From contig DASWKF010000085.1 in NCBI GenBank assembly GCA_036396795.1, forward strand, positions 18,368 to 82,367: a DNA stretch of 64,000 nt. The letters are read 5' to 3'. Shown in pieces: positions 9,700-17,216 of this stretch. Below the pieces are notes generated by a model, which saw only the letters and a list, made by a program, of their open reading frames with translations, was not told the DNA's origin and ran no database searches. Each line of letters starts with the position of its first letter. Position 1 is the first letter of the stretch. A program made the position numbers and the translations under genes. Source of the stretch: Gammaproteobacteria bacterium (GTDB taxonomy: Bacteria > Pseudomonadota > Gammaproteobacteria > Steroidobacterales > Rariloculaceae).

Positions 9700-10032
9700 A
9701 TGGCCGCCGTAGAAGAAGTCTCGCCGCGGAGCTTTTGCTCGCGCTGGCCAGACCACGAACGAGGCGAAGTCTTGTTGCTCGACGTGCGTGACCCTGCGGA
9801 GCTCGCGCTGGCAAGACTGCCGCAAGCCGTTCACGTTCCCATGCGGGACATTCCCGCCCGTCTCGCCGAGCTCGACCCCGAACGACCCACCGTCGTCATG
9901 TGCCATACCGGCGTGCGCAGTAGACATGTCACCGGGTTTCTGTTAGCAAGCGGATTCAAGCAAGTCTACAACCTGGCAGGCGGTATCGATGCCTGGTCGA
10001 CCGAACTAGATCCCAAAGTGCCGCGCTACTAG
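9700..10032 (+). CDS. rhodanese-like sulfurtransferase domain protein
   Basis: 110-aa single rhodanese domain with active-site loop VVMCHTGVRS. Confidence 0.8.
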   Translation: MAAVEEVSPRSFCSRWPDHERGEVLLLDVRDPAELALARLPQAVHVPMRDIPARLAELDPERPTVVMCHTGVRSRHVTGFLLASGFKQVYNLAGGIDAWSTELDPKVPRY

Positions 10033-10079
10033 CGCGACTCGTGCGAACCTTTGTCAGTCAAGTCAACGGCAGGTCGATA

Positions 10080-11510
10080 ATGAGCCCCAGAACCTCTTGT
10101 CCAATTCTTCTGCTCGCACTGACGGGCCTCGCGAGCTCAGTGGCCATCGCCGAGGATCTCATGGAGATATACCAGCGCGCGCTGCAGAGCGACCCGCTGA
10201 TTCGTGAGTCGGAGGCAGTCTACCTCGCGACCCTGGAAACCAAGCCCCAGGCACGCAGCGGCATTCTGCCTTCCTTAAGCTTCAGCGCGGGAACGGGAAC
10301 CTCAAACTCGATAGACCCCAACAGACCGACCAACTTCGCAACCGGAGAGGTCGATCCGAATATCTTGTCGACCGAGCAGGACCGCGACTCGTCGAGCTGG
10401 TCGGTGAGCCTGAGTCAGACGCTGTTCGATTGGGGGCAGTTCTTGACGCTGAGACAGGCCGACAAGATCGTTGCGCAAGCCGAGATCGACTATCAAGTGG
10501 CCCGGCAGGACCTGCTCGTGCGGGTGGCCGGCACGTATTTCCTGGTGCTGGCGGCCGTGGACACGCTCGCCTCCGAGCAGGCGGCCCGTGAAGCCATCGG
10601 GCGGCAGCTCGAGCAGGCGCAGAGACGTTTCGAGGTCGGATTGATCGCAATCACCGACGTTCAGGAAGCTCAGGCAGGCTACGATCAGGCCGTCGCCGCT
10701 GAGATCGCGGCGCAGCAGAATCTCGCGACGACGGAGGAGTTTCTGCGCGAGATTGTCGGCGAATACGAGGATGAGCTCGCGCCGCCGGCGGAGACGTTCC
10801 CGCTGGAATCACCCGATCCGGCAAGCGTCCAGGCCTGGGTCGATCGGGCCTTGCAGCAGAACCTGACGCTCATGGCGAACCGGCTGTCGGCCGAGATCAC
10901 GCAAGACGACATCTCGATCCTGCGCAGCGCACGCCTGCCGAGTATCAATCTCTCCGGAACGCTCGGCGAAAACTCCAACGAAACGACGCGACTCAACAAC
11001 TTGCTCGAAAACGCACCATGCTTCCAGGATCCACCTTGCCCGCTGACCGAGATCACGTCGATGTCGGACTCCGAGTCGTACAGCGTTTCGCTGAACCTAC
11101 GCGTGCCGATCTACACCGGCGGTTTCAATTCTTCACGGATTCAGCAAGCCGTCTACCAGCACCGCGCCTCATTGGAGGCGCTGGAGCGCATTGCCAGGCA
11201 GACGGAAAGGGAAGCGCGCGATGCGTACTTGAGCGTCATCTCGGAGATCTCCCGTGTTCGCGCCCTGCGTCAAGCCGTAGAGTCTTCGCGAACGGCGCTG
11301 CGGGCGACCGAGGCGGGATTCGAGGTCGGCACGCGAACGACGGTCGACGTGCTGGTGTCGCAGAACAATCTGCGACAGGCCGAAACGACCTATGCCCGCA
11401 GTCGCTACGACTACATACTCAACGTGCTGCGGCTCAAGCTCGCAGCCGGTAGTCTATCGATCGCGGATATCGAGGAGGTCAATCAATGGCTCGACGACTC
11501 CAGCGGCTAG
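10080..11510 (+). CDS. tolC: TolC-family outer-membrane efflux channel
   Basis: Signal peptide MSPRTSCPILLLALTGLASSVAIA. Two internal repeats are typical of outer-membrane factor proteins (LMEIYQRALQSDP; LDRALQQNLTL). The pcm-rhodanese-tolC order is conserved in related gammaproteobacteria as I recall. Confidence 0.85.
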   Translation: MSPRTSCPILLLALTGLASSVAIAEDLMEIYQRALQSDPLIRESEAVYLATLETKPQARSGILPSLSFSAGTGTSNSIDPNRPTNFATGEVDPNILSTEQDRDSSSWSVSLSQTLFDWGQFLTLRQADKIVAQAEIDYQVARQDLLVRVAGTYFLVLAAVDTLASEQAAREAIGRQLEQAQRRFEVGLIAITDVQEAQAGYDQAVAAEIAAQQNLATTEEFLREIVGEYEDELAPPAETFPLESPDPASVQAWVDRALQQNLTLMANRLSAEITQDDISILRSARLPSINLSGTLGENSNETTRLNNLLENAPCFQDPPCPLTEITSMSDSESYSVSLNLRVPIYTGGFNSSRIQQAVYQHRASLEALERIARQTEREARDAYLSVISEISRVRALRQAVESSRTALRATEAGFEVGTRTTVDVLVSQNNLRQAETTYARSRYDYILNVLRLKLAAGSLSIADIEEVNQWLDDSSG

Positions 11511-11517
11511 GAGCCAT

Positions 11518-12939
11518 CTAAGGTTTGCGGATCGCCTCTATTACTGCGGACGTCGAGCGGCCTTCGCGCAGGCGTAAGATGCGCACTTCGCCGCCGTTGG
11601 CGATCACCGCGCTGCCGCCGGCGACTTCACCCGGCTGGTAGTCGCCGCCCTTTACCAACACGTCCGGCAGCAGCCGCTCTATGAGCGCGGCGGGGGTGTC
11701 CTCGCTGAAGGGCACGACCCAGTCGACCGCCGCCAATCCGGCGAGCACCGCCATTCGATCCGCCAGCGCGTTGATCGGCCGGCTCGCGCCTTTCAGGCGA
11801 GACACCGAGTCGTCGTCGTTGACCGCGACGATCAGCCGGTCCCCGAGGCCTTTGGCTTCCTCGAGATACCCGACATGGCCCGCGTGAAGGATGTCGAAGC
11901 AGCCATTGGTCATGACGATGCGCTCTCCCCGCAGCTTCGCCTGCGCGACGAGCTCGGCCGCCTCCGACTCGCTCACGAGCCCGCCGCCCCCCGAACCTCG
12001 CCGGTGCAACGCCAGGCGCAGCTCCGACGGTGTGACGCCCGCGACGCCGATCTTCCTGACCACGAGCCCGGCGCCGAGATTCGCGAGCGCGGCCGCTTCC
12101 TCGAGAGACAGGCCGCCGCCCATGCCGGCAGCCATGAGCGCGATTACGGTATCGCCGGCGCCCGTCACGTCGAACACTTCGCGGGCTTCGGCGGCCAGGG
12201 AAATCGGCGGTTCGTCCGCGCAGAACAAGGTCATGCCTCTTGCGCCGCGTGTCACCAGCAGCGCTTCGAGGTCGAGCTGCGCCCGCAGCGCTTCCCCGAG
12301 GCTCTCGAACTCCGCCTCGCCGGCCCATTGGCCCGCGACCGCGGCGAACTCGCTCTGGTTCGGCGTCAACACGCTGGCGCCGCGGTAGCGCTGAAAATCG
12401 ACGCCTTTCGGATCAACGAGCACTCGGCGCGCACGGGCGCCGCAATGCGCCACGATCTCTTCGACTCGGCTCAAGGTTCCTTTACCGTAGTCGGACAGAA
12501 CTACGATATCGGCGTCGGCGACGGCCGCGGCAAAGAGATCCGCGAAAGCTCCGCCCGCCGCCTCGAGCGAGCTCTCGTGGTCCATGCGTATGAGCTGCTG
12601 GTTGCGCGACAAAACGCGAATCTTGTTGATCGTCGGCAGATCGGCGGCCCTGTGAAAGCGGCAGGCCACGCCGTGATCCTGCAGCAGCGTCGCGAGCTGA
12701 GCGCCGCGATCGTCGGCTCCGACGATCGCGGCCAGCGTCACTCGGGCCCCCAGGGTCGCGAGATTGAGCGCCACGTTCGCCGCGCCCCCCGGACGCCGCT
12801 CGGTCCGTTGAGTTCTGACCACCGGCACGGGCGCTTCCGGGGAAATACGCTTGGTCTCACCGAACCAGTATTCGTCGAGCATTGCGTCGCCGGCAACGAG
12901 AACCTTGAGCGACGAGAAATCAGGAATGGCGAGCGTCAA
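11518..12939 (-). CDS. hldE: bifunctional D-beta-D-heptose 7-phosphate kinase / heptose 1-phosphate adenylyltransferase
   Basis: 473 aa. N-terminal ribokinase-like domain (GGAANVALNLATLG, DVTGAGDTV) and C-terminal cytidylyltransferase domain (TNGCFDILHAGHVGYL). Confidence 0.92.
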   Translation of the reverse strand: MTLAIPDFSSLKVLVAGDAMLDEYWFGETKRISPEAPVPVVRTQRTERRPGGAANVALNLATLGARVTLAAIVGADDRGAQLATLLQDHGVACRFHRAADLPTINKIRVLSRNQQLIRMDHESSLEAAGGAFADLFAAAVADADIVVLSDYGKGTLSRVEEIVAHCGARARRVLVDPKGVDFQRYRGASVLTPNQSEFAAVAGQWAGEAEFESLGEALRAQLDLEALLVTRGARGMTLFCADEPPISLAAEAREVFDVTGAGDTVIALMAAGMGGGLSLEEAAALANLGAGLVVRKIGVAGVTPSELRLALHRRGSGGGGLVSESEAAELVAQAKLRGERIVMTNGCFDILHAGHVGYLEEAKGLGDRLIVAVNDDDSVSRLKGASRPINALADRMAVLAGLAAVDWVVPFSEDTPAALIERLLPDVLVKGGDYQPGEVAGGSAVIANGGEVRILRLREGRSTSAVIEAIRKP

Positions 12940-13004
12940 TGGCGTCCGGGGGCTGACTGAGACCGGCGTTATTCTAGCGTGATTCGAGAGGGGATCGAGG
13001 GGCC

Positions 13005-13049
13005 AAAAAAAAGGTCCGCCCCTGATCGAGTTCGATCGAGGAGCGGACC
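13005..13049 (-). terminator. rho-independent terminator downstream of nrdJb
   Basis: On the minus strand: GGTCCGCTCCTCGATCGA-ACTC-GATCAGGGGCGGACC hairpin followed by T8 (the A-run at 13005-12 on the plus strand). Confidence 0.8.
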
Positions 13050-13100
13050 AACGGCGGACTGTTGCGAGCGCCGATCGCCCGCTGTCTCACGACCCGGGCG

Positions 13101-13805
13101 TCAGCCGCATTTCGAGTAACCGCAGTTCAGACAGGTCATGCAGCCGTCGAGCATGACGGTGGCAGCCGTGCTGCACTTGCTGCAAAGCTGAGCTCCTTCG
13201 GGGAAGCTGCTTTTCGCAAACGCATCCTTTTGACCGCCGCGTGCGTCGAACTCCGCGCGTTTTTCCGCTAGAAAGCTCTTCTGACTATTGCTCAGACCGG
13301 GGTCCTTCAGCAAGCCAATCTGGATCAGATGCTTCTCGACGATGTGCCCGAGCTCCGCGATGATCGACGGCATGAATCTCCCACCCGGTTGCCAGTAGCC
13401 GCCGCGCGGATCGAATACGGCCTTGAGCTCATCGACGAGAAAGGTGACGTCGCCGCCCTTTCTGAAAACCGCGGACATGATGCGCGTCAGCGCCACTATC
13501 CATTGGTAGTGATCGAGGTTCTTCGAGTTGATGAAGATCTCGAAAGGCCTGCGCTGTTCGTGCGGTGTGCCCTCGTTGAGGACGATGTCGTTGATCGTGA
13601 CGTACATCGCATGATCCGAGACCGGAGTCTTGACCTTATAAGTAGATCCGATGAGCATCTCCGGACGTTCGAGCTTCTCGTGCATCCGAATGACTTTCGG
13701 CTCATCCGCCGGAACCTCGACGGCCGCAAGCGATGATGGGCGCTGGGGCGTGTCGACGGCCACCATGTACTTGACGATCTTTCCGTCCATTCTTATTCGT
13801 GTCAT
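13101..13805 (-). CDS. nrdJb: class II (adenosylcobalamin-dependent) ribonucleotide reductase, C-terminal polypeptide
   Basis: 234 aa. The conserved block HAMYVTINDIVLNEGTPHEQRRPFEIFINSKN is typical of the NrdJ C-terminal region. It ends in a Cys-rich tail, CSKC-X11-CMTCLNCGYSKCG. Confidence 0.8.
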   Translation of the reverse strand: MTRIRMDGKIVKYMVAVDTPQRPSSLAAVEVPADEPKVIRMHEKLERPEMLIGSTYKVKTPVSDHAMYVTINDIVLNEGTPHEQRRPFEIFINSKNLDHYQWIVALTRIMSAVFRKGGDVTFLVDELKAVFDPRGGYWQPGGRFMPSIIAELGHIVEKHLIQIGLLKDPGLSNSQKSFLAEKRAEFDARGGQKDAFAKSSFPEGAQLCSKCSTAATVMLDGCMTCLNCGYSKCG

Positions 13806-13971
13806 TTCATTGCTCTCTAAAAGGAGGGCCCTTCGGGCCGCTCATGCCGCCCCGCTTCAGCATGGCACGCAGAATCTTGAGCCATCTCGAGGACTCATTC
13901 TCCATATGCCAAAAGTGTCGCCTTTCGCGTTGTGCGTCCTTGTACGCAGTGGGTCGGTTCGGTCTCATGCC

Positions 13972-16119
13972 TCAAAACTTCCCGTAATACCCTTCCTTGA
14001 GTGCGTCGAACAGATTGGCCGCGCTGTGAATCTCGCCGTCGTATTCGATCTCGTCATCGCCCTTCGCTTCGACGACGCTGCCGTCGTCGAGCGTGAAGCG
14101 GTAAGTCGTGTTCTTCAGATCCTTCTCTTTCACGAGGACGCCCTGGAAGGCTTCCGGGTTGAATCTGAAGGTCGTGCATCCCTTGAGGCCCTTCTCATAG
14201 GCGTATAGGTAGATGTCCTTGAAGTCATCGTAGGGATAGTCGGTCGGGACGTTCGCGGTCTTCGAGATCGACGAGTCGATCCAGATCTGAGCGGCAGCTT
14301 GGATGTCCACGTGCTCCCGGGGCAAGATGTCCTCGGAGCTGACGAAATACTCCGGAAGCGCCTGCGCGGGCCCGGTACCGCCCGGTTTCGCCTGCGACGA
14401 CACGAGCTCGCGGTATGCCAGCAGCTCGAACGAGTAGACGTCCACTTTCTCCTTGGATTTCTTCCCTCGCTGTATCACGTTCCTGAAATAGTGATGTGCA
14501 AACGACGGCTCTATGCCGTTGCTCACGTTGTTCGCCAGCGACAGTGCGATGGTGCCGGTCGGCGCTATCGAGCTGTGATGCGTGAAACGCGCGCCTTCAT
14601 GGCTCAGCTGCTCGACAAGCACCGGAGCCACCGTCGCAAGCCGCGCCATGTAGCGGCTATATCTCGCGTGCAGCACGCGGCCGGGAATCCCGTCGCCGAC
14701 TCGCCAACCGTCCTGCTTCATCTCCGGGCGCTTACGCAGCATTTCCTCCGTCACGCTGAATTCCTCGAGCAGCAGCGGCGCCGGCCCCTTCTCTCTGGCG
14801 AGCTCCAGACCCATCTCCCAACCTGCGATCGCGAGCTCCCGCGAGACTTCCTCCGTGAATCTCACGGACTCGGGCGATCCGTAGCGCATACCGAGCAGCG
14901 TGATTGCGGATCCGAGCCCGAGAAATCCCATGCCGTGACGGCGCTTTCGCACGATCTCCTCGCGCTGCGCGCTCAGCGGTAATCCGTTGATCTCGACGAC
15001 GTTGTCCAGCATCCGGGTGAAGACGCGCACGACCTCGCGATACTCTTCCCAATCGAAGCGCGCCACATCCGTGAACGGATCGAGGACGAACTTCGTCAGG
15101 TTGATCGAGCCCAGAAGGCACGCGCCATAGGCGGGAAGCGGCTGCTCTCCGCAAGGATTGGTCGCGCGGATGTTCTCGCACCACCAGTTGTTGTTGTGCT
15201 CGTTGACGCGATCGATGAGCACGAAGCCCGGCTCGGCGAAATCGTAGGTGGACGACATGATCACGTCCCACAGCCGTCGAGCCGGGATCTCCTTGTAGAT
15301 CCGGCATGCGACCAAGCCGTCCGGATTGCAGACGTAGCCTTCGGTCGTCGGCCACTCCCGCCAGATCACTTGGCTCGAGTCGCTCAAATCGATGCCGTCC
15401 TCCTCCGCTTCGCTGGGCGTCAGCGGGAAAGCCAACGGCCACGTGCGCTCCTCGTGGACCGCGCGCATGAATTCGTCGGTGATCAACAGCGACAGGTTGA
15501 AGTTTCGCAGCCTGCCGTCCTCACGCTTGGCGCGGATGAATTCCATCGAGTCGGGGTGACCGACGTCGAAGGTGCCCATTTGCGCGCCGCGGCGACCGCC
15601 AGCGGACGACACCGTGAAACACATCTTGTCGTAGATGTCCATGAAGGAGAGGGGCCCCGACGTGTGCGCGCCGGCACCGGACACATAGGCGCCACGGGGC
15701 CGCAACGTCGAGAACTCGTAGCCGATGCCACAGCCGGCCTTGAGCGTCAGGCCGGCTTCGTGAACCTTGTCGAGAATATCGTGCATCGAGTCGCCGATGG
15801 TTCCGGAAACCGTGCAGTTGATCGTCGAGGTCGCCGGCTTGTGCGCTTCGGCGCCCGCGTTCGACATGATCCGGCCCGCCGGTATCGCGCCCCGCTGCAG
15901 CGCCCAGACGAAGCGCTCGTACCAATACTCGCGCTTGACGGGTTCCTCGACCCTTGCCAGCGCCTTGGCCACCCTTTCGTAGGTACCCTGCAGGTCCTTG
16001 TCCACCGGCTCACCGGACTTGCTCTTGAGCCGGTACTTCGTATCCCAGATGCACGCGGAGGCTTCTTGCAAGGGCAGGTCCGAAACCCTAGTCGCCTTCA
16101 GTTCAACCGCTGTTTTCAT
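13972..16119 (-). CDS. nrdJa: class II (adenosylcobalamin-dependent) ribonucleotide reductase, catalytic polypeptide
   Basis: RNR barrel signatures NCTVSGTI, ATNPCGEQPLPAYGACLLGSINL and SIAPTGTI. Start taken at ATG 16119 (MKTAVELKATRV) rather than the track start at 16170. Confidence 0.9.
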   Translation of the reverse strand: MKTAVELKATRVSDLPLQEASACIWDTKYRLKSKSGEPVDKDLQGTYERVAKALARVEEPVKREYWYERFVWALQRGAIPAGRIMSNAGAEAHKPATSTINCTVSGTIGDSMHDILDKVHEAGLTLKAGCGIGYEFSTLRPRGAYVSGAGAHTSGPLSFMDIYDKMCFTVSSAGGRRGAQMGTFDVGHPDSMEFIRAKREDGRLRNFNLSLLITDEFMRAVHEERTWPLAFPLTPSEAEEDGIDLSDSSQVIWREWPTTEGYVCNPDGLVACRIYKEIPARRLWDVIMSSTYDFAEPGFVLIDRVNEHNNNWWCENIRATNPCGEQPLPAYGACLLGSINLTKFVLDPFTDVARFDWEEYREVVRVFTRMLDNVVEINGLPLSAQREEIVRKRRHGMGFLGLGSAITLLGMRYGSPESVRFTEEVSRELAIAGWEMGLELAREKGPAPLLLEEFSVTEEMLRKRPEMKQDGWRVGDGIPGRVLHARYSRYMARLATVAPVLVEQLSHEGARFTHHSSIAPTGTIALSLANNVSNGIEPSFAHHYFRNVIQRGKKSKEKVDVYSFELLAYRELVSSQAKPGGTGPAQALPEYFVSSEDILPREHVDIQAAAQIWIDSSISKTANVPTDYPYDDFKDIYLYAYEKGLKGCTTFRFNPEAFQGVLVKEKDLKNTTYRFTLDDGSVVEAKGDDEIEYDGEIHSAANLFDALKEGYYGKF

Positions 16120-16287
16120 CTTCAGTGCCCCAAAACCACTCGTCCGTCGACCGACCTGATTCAGCAGCAATACACCCGAGAGACACCCCCTGAGGTGAGC
16201 CCTGTCGTGGCGGTTTGCAAGCGTGAATCCCCCCCCTCAGGCGAGCCCGGAGGCTGCCTGTTCTCTCGTTATGAAGCTAAGATCGCG

Positions 16288-16303
16288 ACACAAGATATTG
16301 TGC
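16288..16303. promoter_or_regulatory. NrdR box (operator of the RNR repressor NrdR)
   Basis: ACACAAGATATTGTGC matches 14 of 16 positions of the palindromic NrdR consensus acaCwAtATaTwGtgt. It lies about 170 nt upstream of nrdJa. Confidence 0.6.
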
Positions 16304-16315
16304 CGGGACCCTTGT

Positions 16316-16344
16316 AGAGTAGGCCCAGGATTCGTCAGTGTCAA
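16316..16344 (-). promoter_or_regulatory. candidate sigma-70 promoter for nrdJab
   Basis: Minus strand: TTGACA (16344-16339), 17-nt spacer, TACTCT (16321-16316). This would place the NrdR box just downstream of the transcription start. The -10 element is weak. Confidence 0.3.
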
Positions 16345-16371
16345 GGCCTGATGGTAAGTCGGAAGGATTAT

Positions 16372-16406
16372 ATAAATCTTTATAATACAGTTGTTTATAG
16401 ATTTAT
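16372..16406. repeat. imperfect inverted repeat inside an AT-rich island
   Basis: ATAAATCTTTATAA (16372-16385) faces TTATAGATTTAT (16395-16406; reverse complement ATAAATCTATAA) across a 9-nt spacer. Confidence 0.55.
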
Positions 16407-16552
16407 CTTGTAGGTGTATCGAATTATTTTACGCTTACCCGAGGATCCGCCGCGATTTCTGGACGACCACCATATGTTGTATTCGGCCGTCCCCAGTCAA
16501 TCCCCGCGCCCCCCACAAGAAACCCACAGCTTTGCGCAGGCTCGCGGGACGG

Positions 16553-16581
16553 CTTGAAAACGATTCGGCGGTCCCCATCAT
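16553..16581 (+). promoter_or_regulatory. sigma-32 (RpoH) heat-shock promoter
   Basis: CTTGAAA (16553-16559), 13-nt spacer, CCCCATCAT (16573-16581), compared with the consensus CTTGAAA-N13/14-CCCCATNT. It lies about 45 nt upstream of the hsp20 ATG. Confidence 0.75.
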
Positions 16582-16624
16582 ATTGTCCAAGTCGATTTCG
16601 CACACACTCAGGAGAGCTAAGCCA

Positions 16625-17071
16625 ATGAACGTCATACGGTATAACCCTTGGGGCGTCATGGACCGGCTTCATCGGGATGTCGACCGGCTGTTCTCGGCTC
16701 GGTTGCTGTCCGAGCACGGCGACGACGTCGCGGAGCTCAGCGACTGGGCCCCCGCGGTGGACATCAAGGAAGAGGACAACCGCTTCCTCATTCGCGCCGA
16801 CGTCCCGGGCGTCGCGGCCGAGGCCATCGAGATCACGATGGACGGCGGCACGCTGAGCCTGCAAGGCCGGCGGGAAACGACGTCGGAAGAGGAAAAGGAC
16901 GGTCTGCGACGCGTCGAGCGGGTCAGCGGGCGCTTCTATCGGCGTTTCGCCCTGCCCGACACGGCCGATGCCGAAGGCATCAAGGCCGATTGCAAGGACG
17001 GCGTCCTCGAAATTTCGATTCCCAAGCAAGCCAAGAGCCAGCCGCGGCGGATTCAAATCACTTCCGCCTGA
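16625..17071 (+). CDS. small heat-shock protein, Hsp20/alpha-crystallin family (IbpA-like)
   Basis: 148 aa from ATG 16625 (MNVIRYNPW) after an AGGAGA Shine-Dalgarno. Alpha-crystallin core WAPAVDIKEEDNRFLIRADVPGV and GVLEISIPK. The track N-terminal extension (16391) is rejected. Confidence 0.9.
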   Translation: MNVIRYNPWGVMDRLHRDVDRLFSARLLSEHGDDVAELSDWAPAVDIKEEDNRFLIRADVPGVAAEAIEITMDGGTLSLQGRRETTSEEEKDGLRRVERVSGRFYRRFALPDTADAEGIKADCKDGVLEISIPKQAKSQPRRIQITSA

Positions 17072-17085
17072 CGCGTCGATCGTTC

Positions 17086-17127
17086 GCGGCCCGGAGGGGC
17101 GCCTTTGAATTCTCCCTCCGGTCCCGC
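17086..17127 (+). terminator. stem-loop after hsp20 (possible terminator, no U-tract)
   Basis: GCGGCCCGGAGGG ... CCCTCCGGTCCCGC, with an 8-bp perfect core CCGGAGGG/CCCTCCGG. No T-run follows. Confidence 0.3.
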
Positions 17128-17216
17128 GGACGGCGTGTTGCGACGACTTCGCGCGCCCATGCATCTTTTGCCGAGCATGAGTATTCTTTAGCGCGTACCC
17201 TTGAAGGACTGAAACC

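Noticed and set aside
16120-16290. Cobalamin riboswitch in the nrdJ leader.
   Set aside because: I could not find a B12-box-like core or the conserved GGGAA/GCCACUG arrangement. A B12-off switch would also be illogical on a B12-dependent RNR.
16309-16324. Second NrdR box 21 nt from the first (CCCTTGTAGAGTAGGC).
   Set aside because: Only about 6 of 16 consensus positions match and the palindrome is poor. Nothing better lies at +/-31-32 nt.
16582-16624. ROSE-type RNA thermometer in the hsp20 leader.
   Set aside because: The leader downstream of the sigma-32 promoter is only about 40 nt. It contains no U(U/C)GCU anti-SD stretch able to pair with the AGGAGA Shine-Dalgarno.
17072-17216. Sigma-E/AlgU promoter upstream of the HtrA protease gene.
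   Set aside because: The best candidate (GACTT-N14-TCTTT, about 17145-17172) has the wrong spacing and a poor -10 element.
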